Shown here: positions 26,575-40,059 of the stretch, piece after piece
How positions within the stretch are numbered: position 1 is the first letter of the stretch
Layout: every line of letters starts with the position of its first letter
NCBI GenBank assembly: GCA_013265495.1
Contig: MU057724.1
Location: 62,001-126,000 of the forward strand
DNA from: Vicugna vicugna
Lineage: Eukaryota
Reading direction: 5' to 3'
Length of the DNA: 64,000 nt
Translations under genes and position numbers: made by a program
Notes under the pieces: generated by a model
Database searches by the model: none
What the model was told of the DNA's origin: nothing
Seen by the model: the letters and a program-made list of their open reading frames with translations, nothing else

Positions 26575-26745
26575 TGTTTCCTCATCTGGCTAGTTATGCA
26601 GTATTAGAGAATTTTCTTAACCTCTCTCTAAGCTTAGATTTTATCATGTATGAGATGGGTATTGATTTCTGTTCTTTCTACCTCAAAGGGATATTATTAG
26701 AATAAAATGAGATAATGTAGTAAAATGATCAGTGAACATAATTTT
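26575..26745 (+). mobile_element. MIR SINE remnant
   Basis: ttcttaacctctctctaagcttagattttatcatgtatgagatgggtatt...ctacctcaaagggatattattagaataaaatgagataatgta, the MIR core. Confidence 0.7.
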
Positions 26746-27580
26746 ATGAGATAATACGTTGATAAGTTATGTAGCATGTAGTCATAATGGGTAATTAACA
26801 ACTGATCTTGATTTCTCTTGAGATCACAGATGTGTTAGGAGCTGCTGACTTTCCTGAATGCAGGTGGTTTACTGAATCAAAAAAATGTGTGTGTTTCTAT
26901 GCATTTATAATATTGCTGTCTGTCCATCTGTCTGTTTGCTGGTAGGTAAGGACTCTTGTGAAGTGCCTGTGTGCCCGTGGTCATGAATCATCTTCCTGCC
27001 ACACATGGACATTTTCTTCTTTGTATGCTGTCTTCTTGATACATGTTTAGGGTTAACACTCAGCTATCTCTGTGGGCTAAGTAACGACTCTGTACCCAAG
27101 TCCTCTTTAGTTGGGTGTTCTACCTATCAACAGTGTGCAGGTTTTATTCTTGCCTACAACTCAGAAACCACTTTACATTTATTTGTTCGACCCGTCTGCT
27201 GATCAGTTTGTAAGGCCCACCGTGGCTTAGCTCAGTCCCTTCTTGGGATCCTTGGCCTGGTGCTTGGCTGGGTAGAACAGGAAACATGTAATCAGTACAT
27301 GTTTATGGAGTAAGTAAACTAGGAACGACTAGTCAGGAAGTCAAACTGATCTCAGGAAGCCCAAATTGCTAAGAATCAGAAAACTGATCTTCCAAGAAAT
27401 CTTAAGAAAGATTACTAACCTAGAAGGATTTGGCCTCTAGGAAGAGAATGTCATGCCAAACAAGTTGAAGTTTGCCTTTTTTTTTTTTTGTCTCTGGTTG
27501 GAGAGTATAAAATACAAATGTTCCAACTGTTCTGAAGATTTTTTTTAACTAAACTTAACACATTATGATTCATTGAACAG

Positions 27581-27681
27581 AGGTGGGCTGGCGGAAAGAC
27601 TAAATGGACTGCAGAATCGAGAGAGATCTGCTATTTCTTTGTGGAGACATCAGTGTGTTTCTTACCAAAGGACATCTTCAG
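27581..27681 (+). CDS. SPIDR: SPIDR internal coding exon (likely exon 7 equivalent), 101 bp, phase 2 to 1
   Basis: Acceptor aacag, donor gtaagg at 27682. AG+A completes Arg, then GGLAERLNGLQNRERSAISLWRHQCVSYQRTSS, the conserved SPIDR motif. Not in the ORF track because it is short. Confidence 0.95.
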
Positions 27682-29454
27682 GTAAGGCTTGCACTGACAT
27701 CTACAAGTAGAGAATATGCCAGTTAAAAATATTTTTACGTTAAAATATATGCAGTGGATTATTACTGTTTTTGTGCCTTTTTTCTTCCAGGTGCCCAAAG
27801 ATCTGACTTGGAGGGTCTGTTATTTTCTTGCTGTGTCTATTCCAGTAGCTTTCAGACTTTTGTGATTGTGACCCATCGTAAGCAGTACACCTTATGTCAT
27901 CTTCTAATACACACATGACATTCTCTCTCTCACACACACGCACACACACCTGCAACAAACATTTAATAAACAGCACTAACCCCAGTATATGTGATACACT
28001 CTGCATGCTCTTATTTTTACCAAAATCCTAGTCTCACTAAATTGATGCAAGACCCTTCTAATGAGTTGCAACATGCAGTTTGAAAGTCGCTACCACAATT
28101 TCTCATGTCAGTGAATTAACTAAACTGTCAAGCATAGAGCTGAGAGAGTATCTTCTGGAAGTTGGACTAGAAAAATACTAAGTCAGGCAAGTGTGAGTGA
28201 GTGTGTGGAAGGAAGGGAAAAGATGATCTTCAGTTTGGCTCATAAGCACCAGATAGTTTGTTTGGAATGTTCCCTATGATTTCCCTTCTTAAATTTGGAG
28301 ATACAGGATATTTAATTATACCATGAATACAAGACAAAAGCAAAATAAAACAAAAAGCCAGAGCCAAAAATTAATCCGTTAATTTGATAATATGAATGTG
28401 ATCATCTCCAACAGACTTTTCTTTTAGAAGTCTGAGTTTTTTAGGAGTTTGGATTTTGATTTTTGTTTCTTTCTCTTAGGTGAAGTTCTTATTTTTCAGA
28501 TCTATGAATCCTCCCCTTGATGTCTTGTAATAATTCATATCTTTTTTCCTGTACTTTTGATAAAACTTATAAACATATTAGGAAGAGCATTTCACTATTT
28601 GGTGTTTTGTTTCCTTTGTGGCCTAGCAGAAAAATTTTTTCCTTTCAATATAAAAATTTTTTTTCTCATTGCTATATGTTTATAGCAACTGAATAAATAA
28701 AAGAAAAACTTGAAAATGTTAAATAAAGGTAACTCCCTCTCTCCTCAGTCTGAAGAACTAAAATTTAGTAAACAGCTGAAATTCAGTGACGGATTTATTA
28801 AAATATCTCTATTACTGGTCTGAACTCTCTGCTCCTCTCAATTGCCCTGTCAAAAATGAGTGTAATTGTAGAACCTCGCCTTATGAGAGGCACTAACAAT
28901 GAACCAGACACCGCACGGGAAGGACATGCGGCTCTGGGATAGCCTCGGCCTCGATAGACGGGGAAAGAAAGGAGCACTGCCGTTCTGGGCTCAGTTTCAC
29001 TGCTGCCAGGTCTGGAAGCTCAGAAGCCGCTGAGAGAGCGGCTTAGGGTATGGACATACCTTTGGGTTTGCAAGGTACCATGGTCAGAATCCCATCTCAG
29101 TTTTGGTTAATTTTGACTGACCAGGTGGCTGTATTGGGCTTGGCTTTCCCTTCTTCTCATTGGGTTACTGAGAAATCTAGGAGTTAGTAGTAACTTACGA
29201 ACCACATCTTGGTTTTTGTTGCAGACATTAAGTATAGCATATCTCACTGAGTCTATATTTATCTCTCTCAGGTATGAGAAATTATGGTTTACAGAATTAA
29301 TCTGTAGATTATAATTGTTTGGCCTGAGTCCTTTCTACACAAGTTTCATCCATTTGAGGAGTGTTGTTTAATTATTCCACAGTTGAGAGGAACATGGGGC
29401 CTGCTTACTAATTTGAAATATTTGAGTGGATGTCTCCAACAAATCTTCCTGCCT

Positions 29455-30135
29455 TTTTTTTTTTTTAACTTTCTGAGATAATTGTAGATTTACATGATGC
29501 TCATGCCAGTGTGAGAAATAATGCAAGGCCCTTACCTCATTCCCCGCCAGGAGGACATCTTCCCTAACCTTGCTGCGCGGGCACAGCCAGGAATTGATCC
29601 AGATACAGTTCATAAGCCTTACTCAGGTTTCACCAGTTTACATGCATCTATGTGTGAGCTGTGATTTTGTCACCTGTATAGATCTGTGTGCCCATCAGCA
29701 CAGTCTGGACACAGAACCCATGTCACCAGGATCCCTCGTACTGCCTTTTGTAGCTGCACCCACCTCTTACCGCCCCCCTTACCTTGCAACCACCAATCTG
29801 TTCAGAAATGGTACATAAATGAAATAATGTGGAAGGCAACCTTTGGGGGCCATCTCTTTTCACTCAGCACTGTTCCCTTGAGATTGATTCAGGTTTGTGT
29901 GCAGTCCCTTCCTCTTACTGGTGGGCACACTCTGTGATATGGGTGTGGCACATTTTGCTGCACTGTGCACCCGGCGAGGGGCATTTGGGTCATTCCAAGG
30001 TTTGGGCTATTACAAATGAAAGTGATGGGAACAAGATTTTGAGTGAACATAGAAGTTTAATTTTCTACCATAAACCATCAAGGGTGCATTTGCCAAGTGT
30101 TGTAGTAAGTGTGTGTCCAGTTTTGTAAGAAATTG
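29455..30135 (-). mobile_element. Old L1 (L1MC/MD-type) 3' region
   Basis: ttctgagataattgtagatttacatg...caggaattgatccagataca...gcaaccaccaatctgttc...ctttttcactcagcac...gtttgggctattacaaat. Confidence 0.75.
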
Positions 30136-33100
30136 CATATTAGTATCAAATATTTCAGTGAGTATCTCTAACACATCTTTCTGGCTTTAAGGAAAAAGTT
30201 TTTTTTAACACCTTTAGTTTCTGGATTTCAATTTTCTTTTCTTCCCTCATGGATAGCTTCCTTTCGGGGCTATTTTCCAACTTTCACACTATTTAATAAT
30301 CCATTTTGTCTCCTTGTTAGTGCCTTCTATCTAGTACATTTCAGTATCAAAGACTGTGTAAGTTATCTAATGGTTCTTATAACTTTAATAAATTTTAATG
30401 TGTGCCTATTTTCTTGGGGTTTTTTTGTTTGTCTGTGTTAGTTTTTTGTGACACACTCAGGAGGGACTGAGCTTCGCTGTCTGAGGAGCAGAAAGAAGTA
30501 CGTGGGTTGCGCATGGCGGCCAGTGTGGTTGGCGTGTGAACACACAGAGACGCAGGGAGGCAGGCCAGAGGGCTCCAGACCTTGAGGCCACGAATGGACT
30601 TTATTCCACGTGATCCCTTGAAAACATGCATTTTAATATGTGGCTGTGGGGTAGAGAATGATGATTATAGAAACAAGACAGAAATATTTCTTAGATTTCA
30701 TCTCAGGAACCATCTCATTTTTCTTCTTCCTTTTTGAGGAGAAGCATTTTCCCAGCACTCCTCTGCCACTTACCTGGGTGTCAGTGGCCGGCTTTCATTG
30801 AGCGATATTCAGAGTATGTCTCATGTTTGCCATCTCACTTAATCCTCAGGGCAGCCCTTCCAGTTAGGGTGTGTGATCCTGTTTTAGAGACAGAGGGAGT
30901 GTGGTCAGGCGGGGCCCTGTTTCCCGGCTAGAGGGGCAGGGCCTGGTTCCATCAGACAGCCCACCATGCTCTTCTGGGGCCGTAGTCACAGACGCGGAAG
31001 ACGGAGGCTGTGTCAAATGCTGATCCTGGGGTCATGAGCACAGCAGTTCCGTCGCCTGGGCTCGCTTAGTCACAGCATGTTTGATATCTGTGTTTTTAAG
31101 AATAAAAATAGGTACAGAAAGCCTTGGATGAAAAAAACCAGTGTATTCCTTATATTGTTCAGGAAGAGCGTGAAGAGGAAGGAAAAAAAAGACAACAAAG
31201 TGAAACCAAAAATAAATAAATAATGGACTTAAGGTAAATTATTTTTCATAAGATTGTTTTTCCTAAAAGTTCCCTCTAAACTTCAGAAAGATGATTGTTG
31301 TGGGGGATAAAAAAGAAAGAAGCAGAATCAGTGAAGTGCAGTAACATTTACTGTCATCCAGAGCAGAATTCTCTCTGCATTTTCCTTTTCCTCAGCTCAC
31401 TGCTATGGAACATGTTGAAGTGGTCACCTTAGAGTACCCTGTGCTATGCTGCGAAGGTCTGCGCTGTTCGTTTCTGTGCACGTGTGTGCATGTATGTGTC
31501 TCAAAAGTGATAAATGTGTCACTCTGTATTTAGATTAGTGTTATCAGAGCCAAGGATGAACCTAGTGATTTACATTGGTACTAGCATTTAATAGCTTTTG
31601 TGGTAGGATTTTAATTTTTTTTTAATACCTTTCTGCCGCTGAGTCATGGTCAGCTGAAACTTTGCAAAGTGTGGACCACAATATACTGCAGCTTCTGTCA
31701 GTGCCTTTCACCAGCACTAGTCACCAGCACCCTGCCACAGCCAAGCACGTCACTAGCCAGCCCGGTGTCCCATCTCGGTGGTAGGCAGCTCCGCAGGCTT
31801 ACCTGGGTGAAGTACTAAGTCTCCTTAAAATAAATTCACACAGAGGTGCCCACCTGTCAGATCTGTCATACACGTTAACCTTGTACTATTAATGTATCTG
31901 TTTAAAGTAAACAGGTTCAGATTTCAGGAATTCTGGTTTTCTCTTTTTTAGTTTTATAATTTTAATTTCCTAGTCTTTTTGCATTGAGGATAATTACTTC
32001 CTTATTTTTCCAACTGTGATTTTTTCAAAATTACATTCACTGCCTTACTGTTTTCCAGTGCCACATTTTATTACACACACCACCCCCTAAGCTTTTGTTG
32101 TTGTTTTGTGGAATTTTGGGTTTTTATTTGTTGTTTTCTCCTCTAGAGAACTAAATCTCTAAATTTGGGGGAGGGGGGATCTGCTGTTCAATATTTCTCC
32201 TTGGATTTCTGGATGCCAGACTTGAAAATTTTTCAGAGACAATGCAGATAAGTGAGACCCTGAAGTTCAGACTGATGTTGGTAGTACAAGGGCTGCTCCC
32301 ATGGAGTGCTCCTCCCACCGGCATGCATGAGACAGCCGAGGCACCTGAGCCTCACAGTGGCCTGCACAACCACAGGGTGGCTTCCAAGTCCTAGAGTGTT
32401 GAGACGTTTTATTTTCCGGTCCCTAGAGTCAGAGATTACTTGTTAAATGAAGGGGCAGGAGGCAGGGACTCTACCTTTTAAATCTTAAGTTTTTCACTTC
32501 CTATTCTTGTTAAACAAATACTTTTTTTCCTGGATGTTTAAAGTCACTTCAGTTAACTAATTAAAAAAAAACTGATTCTCCTGTAAATTGTATTGTAGAA
32601 GGTAAGCAAACAAAGCTCAGTGTCTTCTTCTGTAAGATTGTCATGAACATCACTTGTGCGTTTTTTGTGTGCCCATCCTTCTGTGTTGACTTTCGTTGTG
32701 TGAAACAGATGTTCTTTTCCCACGCTGCTGCTTTACTAGTGCTTGGACTGTGGTGGTGGAGATTCGATGGTGGCAAGAGAAGGGTACAGACAAAGAGCGG
32801 GAAAGGTCATTCTTCATTTACTCATTGCACAGGTGTTTATTGAGAGCCTCCTGTGTCCCAGTCACTGTGCACCATGTCACTGCACTCGTGGAACTTTCAT
32901 TTTATTAGGTGACATAGGTGATAAGCCAAGGAAAATTACAGGTACAGGTTGGCACAGAGAAGGATCTGTGAGGATTAGGGTGGGTGCTGCACTGGACAGG
33001 CCTGGAGGAGAGCTTCACGTTACACTTTGCCTGTAGCCTCTGTCTAGTCTCCAGGCCAGAATATCAAAGGAATGTGGCTACAGAGTTTTGGGGCAGGAGA

Positions 33101-33174
33101 AGTTTTGTTACTTACTAAGTTTTGCAAGAAAAATTATAATTTAGCTGAGATTTTGAATAGCTCATATTTTTCCT

Positions 33175-33717
33175 GTTTTTTTTTCAGTTTTATTGCAATA
33201 TAATTGACATCATCACTGTGTAAGTGCAAGGCGTAAAGCATAATGATTTGGTATACATATATGGATTACCACAGTAAGTTTAATATCCATCATCTCGTAG
33301 AGATACAAAAAGAAGAGAAAGAAAAAATCGATTTTTTTCCTAATGCTGAGAAACTCTTAGGATCCCCTCTTAACAACTTTCCCATAGATAATATAGCAGT
33401 GTTAAGTGAGTCACCATGCTGGACATCACATTCCTAGTACTGATTTATCTTAGAACTGAAAGTTTGTACCTTTTGATTACCTTCCTCCAATTACCCCTTC
33501 CCCCAACCCCTCTGGTAACCACAAATCCGATTTCTTTTTCTATGAGTTTGGTTTGTTGTTTTGTTTTTTAGATTAAAGTGAGATCTCATATAAATAGGAT
33601 CACACAGTACTTGTCTGTCTCTGTCCGACGTATTTCACTTAGCATAATGCTTTCAGGGTCCATCCATGTTGTTGGAAATGGCAGAATTTCCTTCTCTTCA
33701 GTGCGATAACAATATTC

Positions 33718-33757
<40 letters not shown>

Positions 33758-34157
33758 ATACCTTCTTTATTCATTTCATCCATTAATAGACACTTAGGTT
33801 GTTTCCGTATCTAAGCATGCTGCTGCAGTCAACATGATGGTGCAGATGTCTCTGCAACATAATGTTTTCACTTCTTTCAGATACATTCTCAGAACTGGAA
33901 TTGCTGGATTACGTGGTAGTTCTGTTTTTAATTTTTGAGAATACTCCATACTGCTTGCTTTCCACGATGGTTGCACCAGTTTACATTCCTACCAACAGAG
34001 CCCAAGGGTTCCTTTTTCTCCACAGGCTAACCAGCATTATCTGTCTTCTTGATGATAGCCATTCTGACAGGTGTGAGGTGATATCCCCTTGTGGTTTTTA
34101 TTTGCATTTCTCTAATGATTAATGATATCGAGCAACTTTCCATGTGCTTGTTGACCT
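33175..34157 (-). mobile_element. L1 3' end (ORF2 C-terminus plus 3'UTR) with internal (TG)n
   Basis: ORF fragments EKEILPFPTTWMDPESIMLSEI and LKTELPRNPAIPVL; poly(T) at 33175; (TG)n at 33721-33752. Confidence 0.9.
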
Positions 34158-37100
34158 CAATAGCCCATATTTTAAACATTTTTCCATGTGTATAAAATCA
34201 TTATAATTGAAAGGTTTCTTTGGGGTTATACTGAAGCACAATAAGAATCATTTTATTTAGTATACATTATATTCAAGCAGTGAAATATAAAAATACAATT
34301 TAAAGCTTTAGGAAATCTAGGATGCAGTGGATTTTTATTTGAAGTGCCTTTACCATGTGAATATTTGCTTTTCTTAAATTGCTGTTTTGTGTCAAAATAT
34401 AACAAAGAAAAAAGTATAGAAAACATGCAGCTTATTTAACAGGTGCTTATAAAGCAAGTACCTCTATAATCATCACTACTCAAAGAATAGAAATAGGTGA
34501 TTTTCAGTTAATTTCAGTATTTTTTACTCATTAGAGAAATACAGTATATTGGTGCTTCATTTCTTTTTGGTTTTTCACATGTTGCCTTAGTATTTTAACT
34601 TGTGTGTATTTGTTTGTTTTACTTTAGCTCTTATTTCATTCATTTTTTCAGTCTTCTATTAAGCAGCAAATATAGGTCCATCAATGAGAGAACTGTCTGT
34701 CTCTATCATAACATAATTGTTTTTTTCCTGTTTCCTTGTTTAAAATTAATATTAAAGCTTTATTCCTTAGAAGGAAACAAAACAGTAGTTTACACTTGAA
34801 GGTGTTTTAATAATGTCTGTAAAATTTTACCTACTGATGCACATTTTGGAAAATCAGAAGAAAAACAAAGCCAAAGGAAATAAAGGGTTACTCTGTAGGA
34901 CTCTAAAGGAGAAAGACCACGATGAGTTACTCCTGAAGAATGTTGTATTTATACAGTATCAAGAAAAATTGAAAGATATGTTCCTTATTCTGATGGTTAT
35001 AGTTAAATTAAATTCTCAGGATCATGCCCCTGGGCAAGTCAAATGCTCTTAGATTTTCTTCACTTTATATAACACTTTATAAGTGTTAGTTAATACAATA
35101 AAATAAATTGCAGAAAATTGTTAGCAAAGGCTGTCATTGGAAAGGGTGTTCGGACAGGGTTATTTTTTTGAAAAAGGAGAAATTTGTTAAAATCAAGTTG
35201 AGTATTGTCTTCACAATTAGAGAAGAAGAGAGGAAAATATGACATGGTAGAGTTTCACCCTGACTTTTACTCAAGGTACTAAAACGTGTACCTTTGTGTC
35301 AAGAAGTGAAAACTTCAGTAACAAGGCTGGTTTTCCCAGGGAGGCAGTTTTTGCAGCACAGAGTTTAAGTTGTTCTTTGTCCTCGAATGTGGTTAGCTGT
35401 GAACACTCAGTCCCCAGGGCCAGGATGGTCTCCCCGGGTGCTTCTCCTGGAGCCCTCCTCGTACCTGTGTGAATCTTATGTGACCATCGAGGGCCCCTGA
35501 TGCCCAGAAAGCATCAGAAGACTAGACTTGAGAAGATGGCCTGAGGCTGCCCATGGCCCTAGGGTCCCTCTGACCAACCTCCAGAGAGTGGCTCAGCACC
35601 CGAGGAGTGGGGTCCCCTCGGCCTTGTTGGGAGCAGGTAGCCAGAAATCTGGCTCTTGCCTCTTTCTCAATGCTTCCAAGGGGCTCCCCTGAGGCCTGGG
35701 AGTCCACTGAAAAGGGTCATATGCCAGACGCCCCACTTGAGTGGTCAGGAGAGGAAGAAGGAACATTCAGGCCAGCATTCTCTGTACAGGAACAGCTAAG
35801 AATTTTGTGTAGATGTGTGTGTGTCTCATTGCTAATTACCTAACTTCCTAGTTTCTTTGATGCAGTGTTTTCTCATAATTACAAAGTGTCTTGGGATAGA
35901 AATTGTTAGGCTGATTGTTTCTTCCAAAGCAAGTTGGTTGGTAAACTAAGATTCCTCTATTTGGTTGAAAAATAATTGTTAGAAAATATATATGATTTAA
36001 TCTGAGTCTTCTAATATTGAGTGTTTAAAGCCAGGAAAGCGAGGCGTGTAATTGGGTGTTCATTTAATTTGGTTGATATTTTTGGTAATGTTTTATGCCT
36101 TTTAAATCTTTAGTTTCTGTGGGGACATAGGATTTTTGACATAATACGACAGGTTTTAAAACAATGCATGTTTGTTTAGATTTACAAAATGAGAATGACA
36201 TGGATCAAAGAGGGTTCTAATTCTTAGTTCAGAGTCTCCAAAAAGTCATTTAAATTTTTTTCTTAAAGTCCTTAATCTCCCTTACTTACCACCCTTTGCT
36301 TCAAGCGAAGGGACACTGCTTGTGACCTTCTCCTTGTGGGTCTGTGCCACGTTGCTGGAGAGGTTTCTCTGCAGTTCCTTCTCTTAACTTCCCCTTTCCT
36401 CCGGGGACAAGGGAGCTGCCTCTGTGTTATCTCCAGCTTCCCTCGGCCAGTAGAACCAGAAAGCCAATTAATAGTGTCTAAGCTTTATGTTTCCCCTTTT
36501 GTATATCCAGACCCACATTTCAATACAGCAGTGGTATTTAATATTGTTCTCTGTAATCAGGGGTGAGAGGAACACACGCGTAATACTCTCGAGTTAAGTC
36601 AGAAGCAAACTGTGATACTAGTTTGCCCATTGTTAGAGCTGTGATTTCATGTCCCAAATTACTGTAATTTCCCGTGATCATTTTAAGTATATGTTAGCAG
36701 AAGAGTAAAGAGTTTGTATGTGATTTTCATAATCTCGAGGTATTTCATAATCATATTAGAAATAATGACGGGGCCCGAGAAATAAAGGAAAGGGTACTAA
36801 CACCAGTCTCAGCTCTGTGGCTAACGTGTCTGTTGCCCCTTAGCTGCTTCTGTCACATCCATTTTTATCTCTTGTGAGTTTTTCTTCCAAAAAAATCTAT
36901 GAAATGAGATTTGGTGATAGCAACAGAATTAAATGATGCTTTCAGGTCCCCTGTAAATTTATTTAATCTATGCTTTCTCCATTTATTTTTACATGAATAG
37001 GAAAATAGTTCTACAAATTGTTTTCTCAGAGATCTGAGGTTTAAAAGAATCTTTATTTCTGTGTCTGTTGTAAATGATCCAAAAATAAGACTGCAGAGTT

Positions 37101-37899
37101 AGGCCATTCCAAGTGAATTATATAGTGGGTGAGACATGTTTTCTGTTGAATTCTTCATGTAGCTCAATGAAGAAAAATTCATTCATAGAGTTAAATTGGG
37201 ACCTTGTTAATGATGAAAATTACCTATATGTTCAAAACCCTGTTTCTAACCTTTAGAAAAATCTTGATACTGGCAAGGCAGCATTTTCTTTGGCTTCCTC
37301 AACCAATTGTCATTTTTACCCTCCAACCTATTTCAGTATTGCACTGGCCTTTGTCCATGCTGTGAAACCTTGTGTGTGTCATCTTAACCTTTTCACCAAT
37401 CCGGTTTTCTATACTTCTTCACATCATTTTTATTTTCAAAGGGGTTATAGTTTCCACTGGGGACCTGGTGCTTGAAGGAGCCTGTTTGAAAGTGCTTACC
37501 CAGACTTGACTTTCCTCATCTCCCAGGGATAATGGTGAGGGGTGCGTCGGCAGACCAGGTGGCCCACGTGCATGAATCCTGCTGAGAGAATGTGACCTAA
37601 GAATGGGTGGTGGCTGATCCTGCAGTGTTACTTATCTGTCTGAGCAGATTGCTGGTAAAGTTGTTTGTTACAAAATAAGAAGCTTTTAAGCTTACAAGCA
37701 GAATAATTAAGTTTTTGGATTAGTAAAATGCCTTATACAGTTGACAAGAATCAGAAACCACTTTTGTATCGTGCTAGTGACTTAAAAGAGTAACCACCTC
37801 CACACACCCCTTCCGTCCAGTGTGGCGCCACTTCTCCCATGCGCAGGAGTTGTCCTTCCTCACTGCCATCTTCTGCAGCGTCCACACGGTCTCCCCCGT

Positions 37900-38800
37900 G
37901 GTTTCCCTTCTCCTGTGTTCATTTTCCTTCTTGATTCTGTGCTGACTCCTCCTCTGTGTGCAGCTTCAACAGGTATTCCTCAGGCTTCTGTCCTGGCCCT
38001 CTTCTTGTTCCGTGTCCCCTTCCTGGATAATCTGGGATTTCCATGCTGCCTCCCCCGGGACTGCCAGGCAGTCTGGTAACTCTGTCCTGCGGGCTTTCCT
38101 GGCCCAGCCCCAGCACCACCTTTGCCTCAGAATCCTGCATACCCAGCAGACCCAACGGGGCCCCAGCACCTGCCTGCCCTGGCCCATGAACCGAGCAGTC
38201 TTAGATCGGGCTTTCTTACACATTGTTTCAATCCGTATGGTCCCTAGATGCTAGTGATTCTACTTCTGTCCTGTCTGTCAAGCCAGACCTCTTCAGTGAT
38301 CCCATCTGCCACTGGTTCAGACCCTGCGCCCTTGTGCCTGGACTCCTGTGTCAGTCTCTGTCTGGTCTCCCTGCCACTGCCCTTTCCTCGTTTTCTGCCT
38401 GTCAGGGTCATCATCCTAAGAGGCAAATCTGGTATCACTCCTCTGCTCTAAAACTTTCCACTGACTGCCTGTTGTATTGGAGTGTATGTTCATCACTGTT
38501 AAACTCTGGGGGCATTCTCGGATGTGCTGCCAGCCTACCTGATGGCCCCTGCTGTGCTGCCCTGCACAGACACAGCACTGCACACCTCCTTCCTGGATCA
38601 GCTGTGTCTTTCATGATATACGCTTGATCACTAGGCCTCGCATACTTTTCTTTCTATGTAGTTATACTCCCGGGGTCCTGTTGTATTGTAATTACACGAG
38701 TTTAGGTAAATGTAACTCCTCAGAGTGCTGCAAGGGTGCAGTACTTAACTAAGCAGTGCTTGGCAACTCAGGAAGTGTTTGTGAGTAAATGAATGGTTGT
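37900..38800 (+). mobile_element. Degraded L2 LINE region
   Basis: caggtattcctcaggcttctgtcctggccctcttcttgttc..., gcaaatctggtatcactcctctgctctaaaactttccactgact, and a terminal gtgcttggcaactcaggaagtgtttgtgagtaaatgaatg. Confidence 0.6.
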
Positions 38801-39807
38801 CAGTGGTGAATTTAATAGTTTTACATGACACCAGAGTGCAAAAATGTCCCAACTCCGCTGGAGCTAAAGACCCACGCAGGTCACTTGATTTGTGACTGTT
38901 TTTTAGGTTGTTTCTTCTGTGTTGCTGTTCCACCTGGCCTTGTCTACTGTCCCCACGTAGAGTCACTCTCAAGCATATCCCCCCCGGGGCCTGAGAATTT
39001 CTCTTGTGATCACAGGCTCTGGTCTCTCCTTGTGTGTCCTTCCCAAGAAGCTCTTTTATGATATCATCTCATTTTAATCCTGAAGCTGATTTCTCTTCTT
39101 TTTCCTCTCCTCCCTGCTAGTGTTTGTTACAGTGTCCTTGGAAGGAGATGGCACCCATGACCAAAATATTTACTTTTCTTTAGTAGTTGTGAATTCACTG
39201 TACTCCTACCGGGACGTGCACTGTTTGGCTAATTATAGATTTTGCCTGTTTTGACCCAATTTAAAGTGACTTAACTGATGAATGAGAAGTTGTTCATTAG
39301 AATATCCTTTATTAATAGTTCTCACAGAATGGGCAGGGGTTGAGGGCTGGTATTGGAATAAGTATCAAGAATAAAATGGTGGTAGGGACACACTGGATTT
39401 CATCAGCGCATCAGTAAGTGTGTCTTCAGTCCATTTCACTGCAGGGTTTGCAGTGTGTTGGCCTCCCAGTCAGTACGCTGTTCTGGACAGATGCTTGTGC
39501 AATTGTAGCCTCCTTCAGGACTGCTTAGAGGAGGGTGAGTCTGAGCTCTAAATGCTAGAGGACTCGAGTAACCATCCACAATTAGTAATTTGCTATTTTG
39601 TAATTGGTTTCCTGAAATTTTTCTCAACACATTTATTTATTTTTCAGTTGATATTAAATTTATAAAAAAAAATAGAGATATTTAGCACCCTTGTGCCCTT
39701 TTAAAAGTTGTTTTCAGTGTGACTTTTGGACACCATTTTAATCTTGTTTTCCAAGCCAAAAACATTGCCTCCAATGAAATAAGGTTTTTAAATAAGGACA
39801 TTTTTCG

Positions 39808-39940
39808 AGGGGGAGGGTATAGCTCAAGTGGTAGAGCACATGCTTAGCATGCACGAGGTCCTGGGTTCAATCCCCAGTACCTCCTTGAAAAATAAATAAA
39901 CGTAATTACCTCCTCCCCAACATGAAAAAATAAATAAATG
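39808..39940 (+). mobile_element. tRNA-Ala-derived SINE (camelid Vic-1-like)
   Basis: ggggagggtatagctcaagtggtagagcacatgcttagcatgcacgaggtcctgggttcaatccccagtacctcc resembles tRNA-Ala(AGC) with A and B boxes, followed by an AT-rich tail (aaataaataaacgtaattacctcc). Confidence 0.92.
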
Positions 39941-40059
39941 CGGAAGTTTTTCAATAAAGAAGACTTTTCCTTGTATGTAGTGGAAGGGGTCAGTGTGCAC
40001 ACTAGGTGGTCGCCTACACATCCCACCTAGTGTTGGGAAATGTAACCTGTAATAGCCTC

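Noticed and set aside
27550..27562. acttaac as a U12-type branch point
   Set aside because: The upstream donor is gttaaa, not the U12 consensus RTATCCT, so the intron is U2-type.
31638..31647. NFE2L2/AP-1-like motif gctgagtcat (similar ones near 12492 and 22736)
   Set aside because: Short motifs like this are expected by chance in 64 kb; no independent support.
39813..39887. Apparent tRNA-Ala(AGC) gene
   Set aside because: It has a 5' extension, stem mismatches, a SINE-type AT-rich tail and a second diverged copy at 52190-52270, so it is a tRNA-derived SINE.
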